64,000 nt of DNA, taken from assembly GCA_951406725.2 (NCBI GenBank), contig OX597829.1, forward strand, positions 44,826,001 to 44,890,000, written 5' to 3'. Made by a program: the position numbers and the translations under genes. This document shows, in pieces, positions 1-12,913 of this stretch. Each line of letters starts with the position of its first letter. The first letter of the stretch is position 1. The notes under the pieces were generated by a model. The model was not told the DNA's origin. It saw only the letters and a list, made by a program, of their open reading frames with translations, and made no database searches. Origin of the DNA: Octopus vulgaris. Lineage: Eukaryota.

Positions 1-198
1 TTGCCACTGCCGCGACAGGTGGAGACTGACGTTTATCGGGTTCATGTGACATGTAGCCAACTACCACGATCCTCAGAGAAGAGAACATGATACCTAGGAT
101 TTCCAGCTCAGAAAATCGAGCCAAACGTCCTCTTGTATTCTCCAAGAATCCGGAGAAAGATTCTTGAGACTGGAGAAGTCGACACCTAGTAAATAATA

Positions 199-199
<1 letters not shown>

Positions 200-265
<66 letters not shown>

Positions 266-340
266 GGTGGTGGTGGTAGTGGTGGTGGTAGTGGTGGTGG
301 TGGCGGCGGTGGCGGTGGCGGTAGTAGTAGTAGTAGTAGT
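200..340. repeat. (TAG)n/(TGG)n compound trinucleotide microsatellite
   Basis: Directly visible; accounts for the poly-Y/H/V ORFs in the track. Confidence 0.95.
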
Positions 341-396
341 TAAAAGAGAAAGAGATATTACTATTGCCATTATTATCGATGGTGGTGGTCTTATGA

Positions 397-578
397 GGCG
401 GCGAGCTGGCAGAAACGTTAGCACGTCTGCCGTTACGTTCTGAGTTCAAATTCCGCCGAGGTTGACTTTGCCTTTCATCCCTTCGGAGTCGATTAAATAA
501 GTATCAGTTACGGACTGGGGTCGATGCAATCGATTTATCTCTTCCCTGAAATTGATGGCCTTGTACCAAAATTTGAAA
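397..578 (+). mobile_element. SINE family A (tRNA-derived head, Meta-domain-like core), short-tail form
   Basis: GGCGGCGAGCTGGCAGAA A-box-like start, GAGTTCAAATTCC B-box, core GACTTTGCCTTTCATCC...GTCGAT-AAATAAGTA; more than 15 copies in the window. Confidence 0.85.
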
Positions 579-609
579 TTTTTATTATTATTATCGGTGA
601 TGATCGTAA

Positions 610-816
610 GGCGGCGAGGTGGCAAAATCGTTAGAACGCCGGACAAAATGCTTATCGGTATTTCGCCCGTCTTTACGTTCTGAGTTCAAAGTCCACTGAG
701 AGCGACTTTGCCTTTCATCCTTTCGGGGTCGATAAATTAAGAACCAGTCATGCACTGGGGTCGATGTAATCAACTAGTACCCTCCCCCAAATTTCAGGCC
801 TTGTGCCTTCAGTAGA
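610..816 (+). mobile_element. SINE family A copy
   Basis: Same head and core as 397-578; lies in tandem after an (ATT)n spacer. Confidence 0.85.
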
Positions 817-864
817 CACGATTATTAACAGTGTGGTTATTGCATTGTTTTCACACACACACAC

Positions 865-985
865 ACACTGACGCTCTCATACAAGTAACAGGACCCTTCG
901 CAGTCTCTGAGTAAAGTCCTTGGTTGGATACGAAATCCAACCAACGGTAACCCATAATCCTGCGAAGCACCCGGGTACCACGGGT
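865..985 (-). mobile_element. RTE-clade LINE ORF fragment
   Basis: Translates as LRRIMGYRWLDFVSNQGLYSET, which matches the RTE post-RT motif LRRI.g..W.d.vsN..l. Confidence 0.65.
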
Positions 986-1229
986 TTTAGGCAGCTCGTA
1001 AAAGAGCGAAGTCTTGCAACTATCATAGCTCCTCCTGTTCAGATACCAATGCTCTATTAAAACGATCGAAGCTGTATCATAAATGTTATACAAATATTCT
1101 AATTCCCTTATCTCTTTTATGTTATACTCTGCAATTGAAAACTTTTGCCTGGATTTTCAGTTTGTGTGGAGTACGTTGAACTTATTGAATTGCTTTTCCC
1201 TTCTATGTATCCTGTTAGCCGATAGTTCG

Positions 1230-1830
1230 CATGAGTGCTCACTGAGGAGTCGTCTGGGATTTCAAGGGAGACTACACCGGACAACAGTATTCAAGGCAAG
1301 AACAGGAGACAGTGAAGTAAAGAAGGATAATGGTAGGAGCGTCTCTAGACCGAAAAGTCCAGAAGCAAGATTTGCGAGCCATGTCAACTTCGTGGTTTGT
1401 GGGTCGACAGTTACTCCGAGGTCCCGCACGATGCGATAAGGTTTTCTCGTTTGATGCGATAAGGTTTTATCTCGAGTGAAGAGTGTATGGCAGCCTAAGT
1501 GCAGCCTATTTACCAAAGTGTATTAATTCGAATTTATTTTCGTTAGCTGCATATTGTGTTTCTCCACCAATCAGAAAACAGATCCAATTGGAGATTAGTT
1601 CCATTATTTGCCTTGCCGATAACCTTCAGAAACTTCAGAGTTATCCGCAAAAAATTCTATTGCCGTTGTGTTTGAAGACGTCAACGATGTCATTTATGTA
1701 AATAATAAAAAAGGAGTGGGCTCAAAACAGTGCCTCGTGGGACTCCACTGATGATTTCTGCCGTGCATAATCGAACGCCATTTATCGCCACATGCTGGGT
1801 TCTGTTCGCCATGTACGTACACCATTATCC
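1230..1830 (-). mobile_element. Decayed CR1/L2-group LINE reverse transcriptase
   Basis: The minus strand gives ISGVPRGTVLSPLLF/IIYINDI...FADN, then VRDLGVTVD, then LEYCCPV*SP, in canonical order with frameshifts and stops. Confidence 0.85.
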
Positions 1831-2146
1831 TTCTTTACTTCACTTTCTCCTGTTCTTGCCTTGAATTTTTCCCCTATTACCCCATCTGTTTTTCTTTAGT
1901 GAATTTTAATAATAACCTTTTTTGATGTTCTTTCTAAACTTCTTCACACTGATAAGAATGACAATGCATAACTTTAATTATAATTATTATTATCATAATT
2001 TTTTCTTACATTTTTGTATTACATGTTGAAACGTGCGTATGTATTTAATTCCATTTGGTATTAAATCCAATTTTGATTTTAATATATTTTCTCCATTTCT
2101 GTACTTGTTTATGGTATCTTTATACCTATATCGAATATTTTCAATG

Positions 2147-2224
<78 letters not shown>

Positions 2225-2452
2225 ACATATTTGCACGTATGTATGTGTGTAAGTGTGTGCATTTGTATATGCTTGTGTAAGTACATGTAAGAGAAAATAT
2301 GAATGCGAGTTCGTTTGTTTCTGCATCTGTGTATGTTTACGTATACTTGTGCAAGTATGTATGCATATGTGCAAAAATATTTGTATATATGTGTATATGT
2401 ATATATGAATATACATTTACGTGTGTGTAAATGTACATATACAAACATACAT

Positions 2453-2506
<54 letters not shown>

Positions 2507-2962
2507 GCACAAACACACACATACACACATATACATTTATGTGTGTATTTATGTGTATGTATATATTTTCCTGTATGAATATATGTGTGCTCCTAATCAG
2601 GGCACATATACTAATATATCAATGTGCATGCATGTGCAATAATATTATTGCTGTCGAACAGATTTTCGAAATCAGTAAATGTATTTACGTGAAAATCTCT
2701 ATATAAATATCCTGCACAGAGAGTCGTTCGTCGAGGGGCGGTGCCTACCATACGTTGACGAGAGGCAAACACCTTGAAACCTGGGTCCGTATGTGGCATC
2801 CGCTTCTTCGGGGAATGATCTCCCTTTGCAGGATAGAGGACACCGTGATGGTGTCAAGCCTATCTGGTGACGTTGATGATCGCCTGGGGCTAAATGCATC
2901 AGTAACACCCCCACCGCCCTGCCCTGTCCCTAGCCACATTCAAATGGCTAATGTCCCTTTTG

Positions 2963-3008
<46 letters not shown>

Positions 3009-3311
3009 TATATATTCTATATCCTACATTAATATTATAAAGAATATAAATAAACCATAAAAAAACAGAGTTGCAATTCCTTTGAATAATATATATATAT
3101 ATATATATATTACGGTACTTCAATGCAGCTATTACTCATTCTCCGTTATCCCTCACCTATCCTTAGCACCTTGCATTATTTCCCTTCCCCTATAAGGACC
3201 CTTGTTTTCGTTCTATTTTCACTACCTTAACTAACCCCCGTCCCGCCTTATCACATCTCTTGACATTTATAATTCTGATGGCACTGTTATTTCAGTTTTG
3301 TTGCCATTGTC

Positions 3312-3428
3312 GTTATCATCATCATCATCATCACCACCACCTTCACCATCAGAATCATTATCATCATCATCACCACCACCACCACCACCACCACCACCAC
3401 CACCACCACCACCACCACCACCACCACC

Positions 3429-3460
<32 letters not shown>

Positions 3461-3482
3461 CAACAACACCACCACCAACACC

Positions 3483-3534
<52 letters not shown>

Positions 3535-3607
3535 CCACCATCATCACCATAACCATCGCCACCACCACCACCACCACCACCACCACTACCACCACCAACA
3601 CCACCAC

Positions 3608-3672
<65 letters not shown>

Positions 3673-3752
3673 CCACCATCATCACCATAACCATCGCCAC
3701 CACCACCACCACCACCACCATCACCACCACCACTACCACCACCACCACCACC

Positions 3753-3786
<34 letters not shown>

Positions 3787-3805
3787 TCATGCTATTATTA
3801 TCATC
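3312..3805. repeat. (CAT)n/(CAC)n/(CAA)n compound microsatellite
   Basis: Directly visible; source of the poly-H and poly-M/V ORFs. Confidence 0.95.
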
Positions 3806-3809
3806 ATTA

Positions 3810-4410
3810 AGGTGGTGAGTGGTTGACAATATGTTTAGTGGTATTTCGTACCTGTCTGTACGTTCTGAGTTCAAATTCCGCCGGGTTCCATTTTTGCCTT
3901 CTACTCTTTCGGGGTTCGATAAAATGAGTACCAGTTGAGTACTGGAGAAGATATAAATGACCAGACCCTTTCCCAACAACTTTCGGGCCTTGTGCTGATT
4001 GTAAAAACGATTGAAGGTGGTGAACCGGCAGCAATCGTTAGCACGCAGGACAAATTGCTAAGCGGTATTTCGTCTGCCGTTACGTTCTGAGTTCAAATTC
4101 CACCGAGGTCGACTTTACCTTTTATCCTTTCGGGGTCGATAAATTAAGTACCAGTTACGCACTGGGGTCGATATAATCGACTTAATCCCTTTGTCTTTCC
4201 TTGTTTGTCTCCTCTGTGTTTAGCCCCGTGTGGGTAGTAAAGAAATAGGTATTTTGTCTGTTTTAACGTGTTCTGGGTTCAAATTCCGCCGAGGTCGACT
4301 TTGCCTTTCATCTTTTGGGCATCGATAAAATAAGTACCAGTTGAACTCTAGGAGTGATGTAATCGAATGTTCCTTCTCCGCGAATTTCAGACCTTGTGAC
4401 TGTCGTAGAA
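3810..4410 (+). mobile_element. Cluster of SINE A copies, including a long-tail copy (about 4077-4247) nested in an older copy
   Basis: Three SINE A cores. GGTATTT(C/T)GTCTG occurs at both 4064 and 4248, flanking the young long-tail body. Confidence 0.8.
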
Positions 4411-4764
4411 AAAAATTATTATAATTATTCCTAAACCGGTGGATTGGTAAAAAATATTTAGAACTTTAGTCAAAATAACTCCCGATGTTATTTCCGTTTC
4501 TTTATGACGTACGTTCAAATCTTATCGAGGTAAACTTTATTTTACATCCCCACAGTTCAATAAGCTGAAGTACCAGTCAAATGTGATCACCAAACACCCT
4601 CTTTCAAATTCATCGTCGTGTGATTATGCTCGAAACAATAATTAATATTTTGTTGTTATTTTTTTCTGTATTGGTGTTGTATTAATTGTGGTTAATGTTG
4701 ATATGGTGGTGGTGGTGGCGGCGGTGACGACTGTGGTATTAAACTGCCCACTGCTGTCAACGTG

Positions 4765-4982
4765 GGAGGCTGTGGCCATGCTTGTGCACCGTCTTGAAGA
4801 AGAGTTTTAGTTCAATACATCGATCCTGGATCAAAAAAAAAAAGAAAATACTGATATTTATTCTATCAGTGTCTTTTGTCGAAGCAATAACTTTACGAGT
4901 ACGTAAACAAACTGACACCGGTTATCAAGCGGTGGTAGGGACAAACACATACACAGACATACATAGATCTATCCATTACACA

Positions 4983-5036
<54 letters not shown>

Positions 5037-5200
5037 CACGCACGCACGCACAACAGGCTTCTTTCAGTTTCCGTCTACCAGATCCACTCACAAGGCTTTG
5101 GTCGGTCCAATGCTATAGTAGAAGACAATTTCCCAAGGTACCACACAGCAGGACTGAACCCGGAACCATGTCGTTGGGGAAGCAAACTTCTTACCACATA
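4765..5200 (-). mobile_element. SINE family B (tRNA head, CORE-like segment, internal microsatellite), diverged
   Basis: Reverse complement of the family B consensus seen at 56573-57024. Confidence 0.8.
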
Positions 5201-5349
5201 TATTTCATTTGTTTCAATCATTGGACTGCGGTCATGCTGGAGCATCTTTCTATAGCAACATCATCGTTATCATCATCATCAACAACAGCAACAACAACAA
5301 GAGGGCATCCGGAGACAAATTTGATGTGTTTGTTAATTAGAATTATTTA

Positions 5350-5467
5350 GATGGTTCCGGGTTCAGTCCCACTGCGTGGCACCTTGGGCAAGCGTCTTTT
5401 ACTATAGCCTCGGGCCGACCAAAGCCTTGTGAGTGGATTTAGAAGACGGAAATTGAAAGAAGCCCGT

Positions 5468-5541
<74 letters not shown>

Positions 5542-5875
5542 ATATATGTATATATATATATGTATGTGTGTGTATACATATATATATATATGTGTGTGTC
5601 TGTGTGTCTGTGTGCGTGTGTTGTGTGTGTGTCTGTGTATGTTTGTGTGCCTGTGTTTGCCCCCTCCCCCCACACACACACATCGCTTGACAACCGATGC
5701 TGGTGTGTTTACGTCCCCGTAACTTAGCGGTTCGGCAAAAGAGGCCGATAGAATAAGTACTAGGCTTCCAAAGAATAAGTCCTAGGTGGGGGTGGCGTCG
5801 ATTTCCTCCACTGAAGGCGATGCTCCAGCATGGCCACAGTCAAATAACTAAAACAAGTAAAAGAGTAAAAGTGTA
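5350..5875 (+). mobile_element. SINE family B, 5'-truncated
   Basis: GGTTCAGTCCC B-box, CORE-like ACCTTGGGCAAG, internal (TA)n/(TG)n, (GTAAAAGA)n tail. Confidence 0.9.
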
Positions 5876-5924
5876 AAGAGATGTAGTACACAGTTTTGAT
5901 CGAGTGAGTCTGAAGTTTTTTTTT

Positions 5925-6290
5925 ATGGTGTCCTTTTCAAGCCTAGCCAGGGTCATGGGCCCGGTTTCCCGGTTTCTATGGCATATGTGTCCCCCACCCC
6001 ACCCCAGCTGGATGGGATGCCAGTCCATGGCAAAATAAATGTTCCTTCTCGAGCCATACCAGGTTCATAAGGGCCAGTTTCCCGGTTTCAGTGGCGTAGA
6101 AATATCCCACCTGGACGGGACGCCAGTCCGTCGCAGGATTACTCATTTTTGCCAGCTGAGTGGACTGGAGCAACGTGAAATAAAGTGTTTTGCTCAAGAA
6201 CAAAACGCATCAACACCCGGTCCAGGAATCGAAACCACAACCTTACGATCATGAGTTCAACACCCTAACCAACCACTAAGCCACGCACGC
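5925..6290 (-). mobile_element. SINE family C (tRNA head, CORE-like and V-domain-like segments), 3' module duplicated
   Basis: Minus strand reads GTGGCTTAGTGG...GTTTCGATTCC, TTCTTGAGCAAAACACTT, then GCGACGGACTGGCGTCCCGTCCAGG; the 3' module is repeated at 5925-6030. Confidence 0.75.
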
Positions 6291-6650
6291 GCCAGTCTGA
6301 ATGTTTACTTAGGATATAAAAAGTTGCGCGATTTGAAGGAGATTCGGCTACTGTTTCTGCAATGTCAAGCTCGACAGAGTTAAGGCTCTCCCTTGTTAGC
6401 TCGTATCTTGGCAATGTATTTTGAGAAAGTCATCTGCGACACCCACGCACAATCGAAAAGTCAAAGGCTCGAATTACAAGAGATTCTTCCAAACCTACTT
6501 ACTAACTAGATAAATATATATATATATATATAAAGTACATAAAGATAAATGTACGCACCGCATCGTTCATCTTTATCATTAAGTGGCCCACTATTCTCTC
6601 TCGCTCTCTTTTTCTCTCTCTCTATCCCATCTCTCTCACCCTCTCTCTTC

Positions 6651-6702
<52 letters not shown>

Positions 6703-6807
6703 CATACATACATATGCTTGTATGTTATGTATACATACCTCTGCATGGCCTCAGCCTCAAGGATGAAACATATAAAAGAATAAAAGAATGTATATATATA
6801 TATATAC

Positions 6808-6846
<39 letters not shown>

Positions 6847-6965
6847 GGCAGACTGACAGACAGATGCGTACATACATATATATATATGTATGTGTCTGTG
6901 TATGTATGTATGTTTGTATGTATAAATATATACATTATATACCCAAACAAACACACACACACACG

Positions 6966-7036
<71 letters not shown>

Positions 7037-7108
7037 GAAGACATGTACACATAAGTATATGTATGCATGTATGTATACACTGGCACACACACACATATAC
7101 ACACACGC

Positions 7109-7157
<49 letters not shown>

Positions 7158-7368
7158 GAAACACACACACACATATATATATATACATATATATACTAAC
7201 AGAGAATGAGAAAACTGGTGGTGGGGGAGAATAAGAGATTCAAAAAGGAAGGAATGTTTTAGAGGAATCAGTTGTGAGATTGCAAAAAAATAAATAAAAA
7301 AATTTTTTTAATGTCTTGTCCTTGTTAACAACAGTTACCTTGACTACTAAGCGTAATGTGTGTCTGTC

Positions 7369-7534
7369 TGTTTATCTCTGTCCGTCTGTCTGTCCGTCGT
7401 TATTGGCGATTGTGTTTATTGGCGGAGGTGGTCGTTGTTGGTGGGCGTCGCCGCACTTGATAGCGGTGAACATGCTAATTAATGATTTGTGATGACGGAG
7501 ACAAACGTTTTTTGCGGTGATGGTCGTCGCGGAG
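7369..7534. repeat. Left arm of a diverged inverted duplication (partner 10302-10438)
   Basis: TGTTTATCTCTGTCCGTCTGTCTG...GGCGATTGTGTTTATTGGCGGAGGTGGTCGTT...TTTGCGGTGATGGTCGTCGCGGAG is present as its reverse complement at 10302-10438. Confidence 0.85.
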
Positions 7535-7555
7535 CTGGTATTCACAGCGCTGGCC

Positions 7556-8312
7556 TTGTGTGGTGCGTTGTAGTGGTGGTGGTGGTGGTGGTGGTGTTGG
7601 TGGTGGTGGTAGTGGTGGTGGTTGTGGTGGTGGTTGTAGTGGTGGTGTTGTGGTGGTGGTAGTGGTAGTGTTGGTGGTGGTGATGGTGGTGGTAGTGGTG
7701 GTGTTGATGGTGGTGGAGGTGGTGGAGGTGGTGGAGGTGGTGGTTGTGGTGGTGCTGGTGGTGGCGGTGTGGGGGTGGTAGTGGTGGTGGTGATGGTGGT
7801 GGTGGTGGTGGTGGTGTGGTGGTGGTGGAGGTGGTGGTTGTGGTTGTGATGGTGGTGGTGGTGTAGTGGTGGTGGTGGTGGTAGTGGTGGCGGTGGTGGT
7901 GGTGGTGATGATGGTGGTGGTCGTGGTGGTCGTGGTCGTGGTCGTCGTCGTCGTAGTGGTAACGGTGGTGATAATAACGGCTAAAATGGCTGTGGTATTT
8001 TGTGGGAGGTGAAAACTTACAAATGTAGAAGTAATTATTGCTACTGTTGTTGTTGTTGCCTATAACATGATGACAATGATGATGATGAGGAGGAGGATGA
8101 GGAGGAAGATGCGGACGACGACGACGGCAGCGACGAGGTGGAGGAAGAGGAAAGGGAGGAAAAGGGGGATGAAAAGGAGCAGAAAGGAAAAGGAAAGGAA
8201 GGAGAAAGAGAGCTAGCGTCATCGTCACTATCATCATCACCATCATCACCATCATCACCATCATCATCATCACCATCATCACCACCATCACCTTCATCAT
8301 CATCACCACCAC

Positions 8313-8363
<51 letters not shown>

Positions 8364-8364
8364 T

Positions 8365-8424
<60 letters not shown>

Positions 8425-8425
8425 G
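7556..8425. repeat. (GGT)n and (CAT)n compound microsatellites
   Basis: Directly visible. Confidence 0.95.
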
Positions 8426-8929
8426 CCGCATCGTTCGTCTGGCAGAGTGCTGTGAAGCGTCGGGAAACATACCAGATGTGGTCACGCCGACTTGATCTTC
8501 GCTTGAACTTGACCTGCAGGTCGATCGAAGAGATAAATTGTGGCACAAAAATTTGCCAAACAACGGAGGTTTCCACAACTAATTTCTGTAGATGCCGCTG
8601 CTGTACCCTATCCTTACACACCAATAGTCGCAAAGTTCCAAGATCACCACCACCGCACAAAGACTGCCAGTGTGGACAGAAATCTAAATGTCTTTTCTCT
8701 AACTCTCAACCCATTTCAGAGAAATGACTCGTAACCTCGTTCCAGTTCCAAAATGTCTTGGAATTGGAGCAGGGTCACGTTCCACTTCTAAGTTTCAGAC
8801 TTAATGGAAATGGAACATCCGGGCTGGACCAGACCACATGGGTCTTGATAGCTCCGTCGGTCTTGTGCCCGATGACTTTGGCTGACGCCTTAGATTTATA
8901 TCTCCAGGTACTAAGTCCTGTCCAAAGTT

Positions 8930-9290
8930 AATCTTTATTCTTTTCACCGTTTCGACATCAACATCTACGGTGTCCGATCTTATAAAGGTGATGCCTTCTA
9001 CATGCACCGACACGGCTTACCCGTGTTCCAGTTCGAACAACATTCCCCTTAGCGCCATTGGTTCAGCAGCAGTGACTTGAGAATCAATAAGAATACGCAG
9101 AGTGACTGAAAAGTTTTTGGTTTTAAGGGTATTGTGAAAGGCCTGGCTGGATACTCAACCTTCCGAGTTCATTTACAGGGCATAGAAAAACCAAAAGACC
9201 ACTGCAATAAGTGTGTGAATCCAAGAGGGGAATATGTTGAATAAACTCATAATTAACGGATCTTCTTGTATTTTCTTTTAACCAAACCAA
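8930..9290 (-). mobile_element. Possible decayed LINE ORF1 (gag-like) remnant
   Basis: AVSVHVEG followed, after a frameshift, by HLYKIGHRRC*C. This resembles the PVMLEGRPPKCHLCLEPGHIKRKC knuckle region of the 61880-63118 ORF1. Confidence 0.4.
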
Positions 9291-9299
9291 GAACTTTTC

Positions 9300-9641
9300 A
9301 TTATTTACATTGGTTAACCACTGCGCCATATACCCACGGGCACATGGCGCAGTGGTTAAGAGCGCGGGCTACTAACCCAAAGATTCCGAGTTCGATTCCA
9401 AGCAGTGACCTTAATAATAATAATAATAATAATTATTATTATTATTATTATTATTATTATAACATCGAAAAATACCTTAGGAATGAGAACCCAGGTTCGA
9501 AATTTCCCCAAGACACCTGAAGAAGGCTGGAGAGTATATCAGCTGAAACGTTGTGTTAACAACAAACAAGATGAAGACAAATATCGTCGAATGTAAATAA
9601 TGTAAATAATGTACATAATTCCTCATCTTTTGAATATAGAA
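9300..9641 (+). mobile_element. tRNA-headed short retroelement with hammerhead ribozyme and inverted 5' end
   Basis: tRNA-like head from 9338 (TGGCGCAGTGG A-box, GAGTTCGATTCC B-box), (AAT/ATT)n linker, hammerhead at 9512-9557, flanking direct repeat CA(A/G)GAACTTTTC at 9288-9299 and 9642-9653. Confidence 0.75.
9512..9557 (+). ncRNA. Minimal type I hammerhead ribozyme motif (Penelope type)
   Basis: GACAC-CTGAAGA-A-GGCTG(loop)CAGCT-GAAAC-GTT-GTGTT: stem I GACAC/GTGTT, stem II GGCTG/CAGCT, palindromic ACGT stem III. Confidence 0.75.
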
Positions 9642-9739
9642 CAGGAACTTTTCGTAGAAAAGATGAAAGTGAACACTCTAAAAAGAAGAAAAATATAAAT
9701 TCCTGATGTATCAGAACTATCATACATGAAATGGTTCAG

Positions 9740-10115
9740 ATGAGAGATCAATTGATCTAATCCCTGAACAGATACTGCAGTACGTTGAATCAATCTAGCC
9801 TCTGAAAGCGGGACTGAAACTGACTGCTTTAAAGACAGCCTCCAATTATTGATGTTCGACCCTATCGAATGCTTTTGATCGATCCAATTTAATAAGAGCT
9901 CAAATAAAGCAAGTATTGTTACCTAGTCACTCTTTCTGCGATGTATTACTTGAATTGGAGGTTATGGATCTCATTCATGTACCATGTGTCGGCTCTTTCT
10001 CAGTCGCACTACTGACTACAAGTGCCAATGTCTTTAGTAGCACCTTGGCCAAAATCTTCACTCCTACATAAAGTAGATTTATGAGCCGGAAATTATCAAT
10101 GCCAACATCTTCAAC
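9740..10115 (-). mobile_element. Decayed Tx1/L1-clade LINE reverse transcriptase fragment
   Basis: IDNFRLINLLYVGVKILAKVL ... ALIKLDRSKAFDRVEHQ*LEAVF, matching the L1/Tx1 RT motifs N.RPI.LLN..KI.AK and D.SKAFDRV.H. Confidence 0.85.
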
Positions 10116-10301
10116 CGCAATCTCCTAAACAGCGTATCCATTCGTCAGCTTCGCTGTTATTTGCAGTAGACATCGGTCAAGATATCATCAAACAAGTTTG
10201 ATATGTACGTATTGAGCTTGTACAGCCGATGAGATGATTCGTCCTGCACGCAAGGACTTATCACCAACTCAGCTGCTGTTATCGGATTTTCGTAGCGCTA
10301 C

Positions 10302-10438
10302 CTCCGCGACGACCATCACCGCAAACGCTGTCTTAGCAAGTTTACCGCTATCAATACGATGCCTACTAAAAACGACCACCTCCGCCAATAAACACAATCG
10401 CCATTAACGACGATCAGACAGACGGACAGAGATAAACA
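10302..10438. repeat. Right arm of the inverted duplication (partner 7369-7534)
   Basis: Reverse complement of 7369-7534, with an indel of about 25 bp. Confidence 0.85.
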
Positions 10439-11200
10439 TCCAGAATTACGGCAGGCCGTGGAAATAATCACTAAATTCCACTACCATCGCCAGCCCATCT
10501 TTCGCTCTGAAAAGATAAAAAAAAGTACTACAGGAAATCTGCACACATCTGTTCGGAATCAAGTAACACGTACCTGATCTAGTATCGTTGCGTCAAAGAC
10601 CGAATTTTGGGTCTTTTCTCGCATCGATCCTCTAACAGTCGGCTATATCGAATGGCTCTCGCCTACTGTCAATCATTAAAGCATGCACGGTTTTTGTCGC
10701 TATCACGTTAGACGTGATGCTTGCCTTGATTATACCGAATCTGTTTATCTCTGTTTGCAAATGTTTCCTGGATGTTATTGATTCTAATCTAATCACCCAT
10801 TTCGGAGTAATACAGATGTTGACAATTGCTCCCATTAACTGCCTCTTAAGTGTCTAGTTCGGAGACTTTCGGCGCCAGAGACCACGCAATCAGTTTCTAC
10901 TGACCGGGTTGTTTTCTATGCAGGCCTACCTAAGTAAACCTGTGGTTTGCATAGCTGAGCAATTGTTACAGTGATTAAAATCTCCATGTGAGCAAGTTCC
11001 ATATTATTCCAGAGCGACAGTATTTCTTGTGTCATAGAGATACATCGCATATGGTGCAACATAACTGTTTGGACACATTGCATTGTCCCTTCTGATAAGT
11101 CTATTGCCATTTGCTCGGGTTTTCTAGAAGTGAATCCAGCGAAAGTGAGCAAGGTTCTTTCAGTGAAAATACAACAGTTCTTGCCCTCATTTTGTGTGTG

Positions 11201-11249
<49 letters not shown>

Positions 11250-11469
11250 TTGTCTGGTACGTACCTCAGACGAGTATTTGGGGCTAGTTTGTCCTGCATG
11301 TGGTAGTGACGTCCAGATTCGGGAGTTCTGAGGTTTTGAGGAGTGTGGAACCATCCCTTAGCCTCTCTTGTATCCCAGATCCGCCATTATCGGGAATAGT
11401 AAGACTTATCAGGATCCCAATTATGGGTTAATTAACGAGTTATGGAAGAAACTCTAAGTACAAACCCTC

Positions 11470-11830
11470 ACAACATCACACAACAGATTAATGCTTTAAT
11501 CTGAAGCGTTTCAAAGCTAAATCGAAGACGTTTATAAAACTAATTCGTAAATTTATCGAATGCTGATGAACGTGATTACGTGGCTCACACGGAATGAGTT
11601 ATTTAGACAACAGTAGACTTCTACTGTTGTGCCTGAACCTCATATACAGGCTTACAATGAGTTTGAAGAAAACAAAGCGATGCTCACATCTTTCACATCT
11701 GATTCAAGTAAGCCGTCTGTAGACACAAATATACTTGTTCGAGGAGCCAGTATTATGTACCTTGACAGCCTTATTTCCAGATATGGATCCCTAGATTCTG
11801 AGATGGGTTCAAAGGTTGACAAGATTTGAG
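11470..11830 (+). mobile_element. Decayed RTE (BovB-like) LINE RT fragment
   Basis: FNLKRFKAKSK...LIRKF/ADERDYVAHT and MYLDSLISRYGSLDSEM match the RTE motifs FNL.RLKAK.K, YADD..LVAH and YLGS.IS.DG.LD.EI. Confidence 0.7.
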
Positions 11831-12320
11831 TTACAAGTTTGGTCAGACCACGGTCTTGAAACTTTCAGTCAAGCTTTGTATCTACGATGCTGGCGTCATC
11901 ATATTCCTTCTGTACTCATATAGGAAATGCCAGACAAAGACTAAAATGTAATGTCTGAATTCTGCAGAATACTGAAGTTCTGCTTGATAGAGTGTCCAAA
12001 GATAATCTAGCTAACACAATTCAGTGGTCACATTACTATTTCAAAGACCGGACTTGTTATCCATGAAAGGTCTATATAAGCCTACTTAGGTTCTATATAA
12101 GCCTACAGATCAGGCAGGCAGGTGTAATGCAACTGTCGTATTTTGTCCAAAGTGGAGTGTCCATCTATAGCAGGATGGAAAGACCATTTTGGACGACTGC
12201 TCAAGGACTGAGTAGCTGTTAGCGTAAAGTGATTGCTGACAAATTTCCAACCTTTAGTTGTTACATACCTGCAACGACTAAGTGATTACGCTCAAAACAT
12301 CAAGTTGACGACCGCTACAA

Positions 12321-12738
12321 ACATACATACATACATACATACATACATACATACATACATACATACATACATACATACATGCATACATGCATGCATGCAT
12401 GCATACATACGTACATACATACATACATACATACGTACATACATACATACATACATACATACATGCATACATACATACATATATGCATCATACATACATT
12501 ACATACATACATACGTACATACATACATACATGCATGCATACATACATACATACATGCATGCATACATACGTACATGCATACATACATACATATATGCAT
12601 CATACATACATACATACATACATACATACATACATACATACATACATACATACATACGTACATACATACATACATACATGCATACATGCATACATACATA
12701 CATACATACATACATACACACATACGTATATACATACA
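12321..12738. repeat. (CATA)n tetranucleotide microsatellite
   Basis: Directly visible; similar tracts at about 17970-18660, 24910-25130, 41690-42050 and 45695-46000. Confidence 0.95.
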
Positions 12739-12877
12739 AATAAGGGCATATTAGTGCAAGTTGAAATTTTATCTCATGGAGAACTGAATCTAAATTATCG
12801 TTATTTTTAGATAATTTATTTAAATATAAATGTTATATAAAAAATATAAGAATCATAAATTCCCCGAAATATAAGTA

Positions 12878-12913
<36 letters not shown>

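Noticed and set aside
2710-2945. GC-richer island considered as an HDV-like ribozyme or exon
   Set aside because: The nested P1-P4 pairing and splice sites could not be assembled; probably a retroelement UTR fragment, left unclassified.
9021-9105. Minus-strand exon-like segment (TTTTCAG...GG|GTAAGC) phase-compatible with MSALSGLI
   Set aside because: The same frame continues past the donor into VHVEG and a decayed zinc knuckle, so it is better explained as LINE ORF1 debris.
9338-9410. tRNA-like heads (also about 6225-6290, 30183-30250, 40290-40360 and the SINE B heads) as functional tRNA genes
   Set aside because: The acceptor stems do not pair, and most run directly into SINE bodies.
10630-11190. 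ORFs 10632-10835 and 10916-11299 as host exons
   Set aside because: No splice support; faint resemblance to decayed LINE ORF1, but too weak to call.
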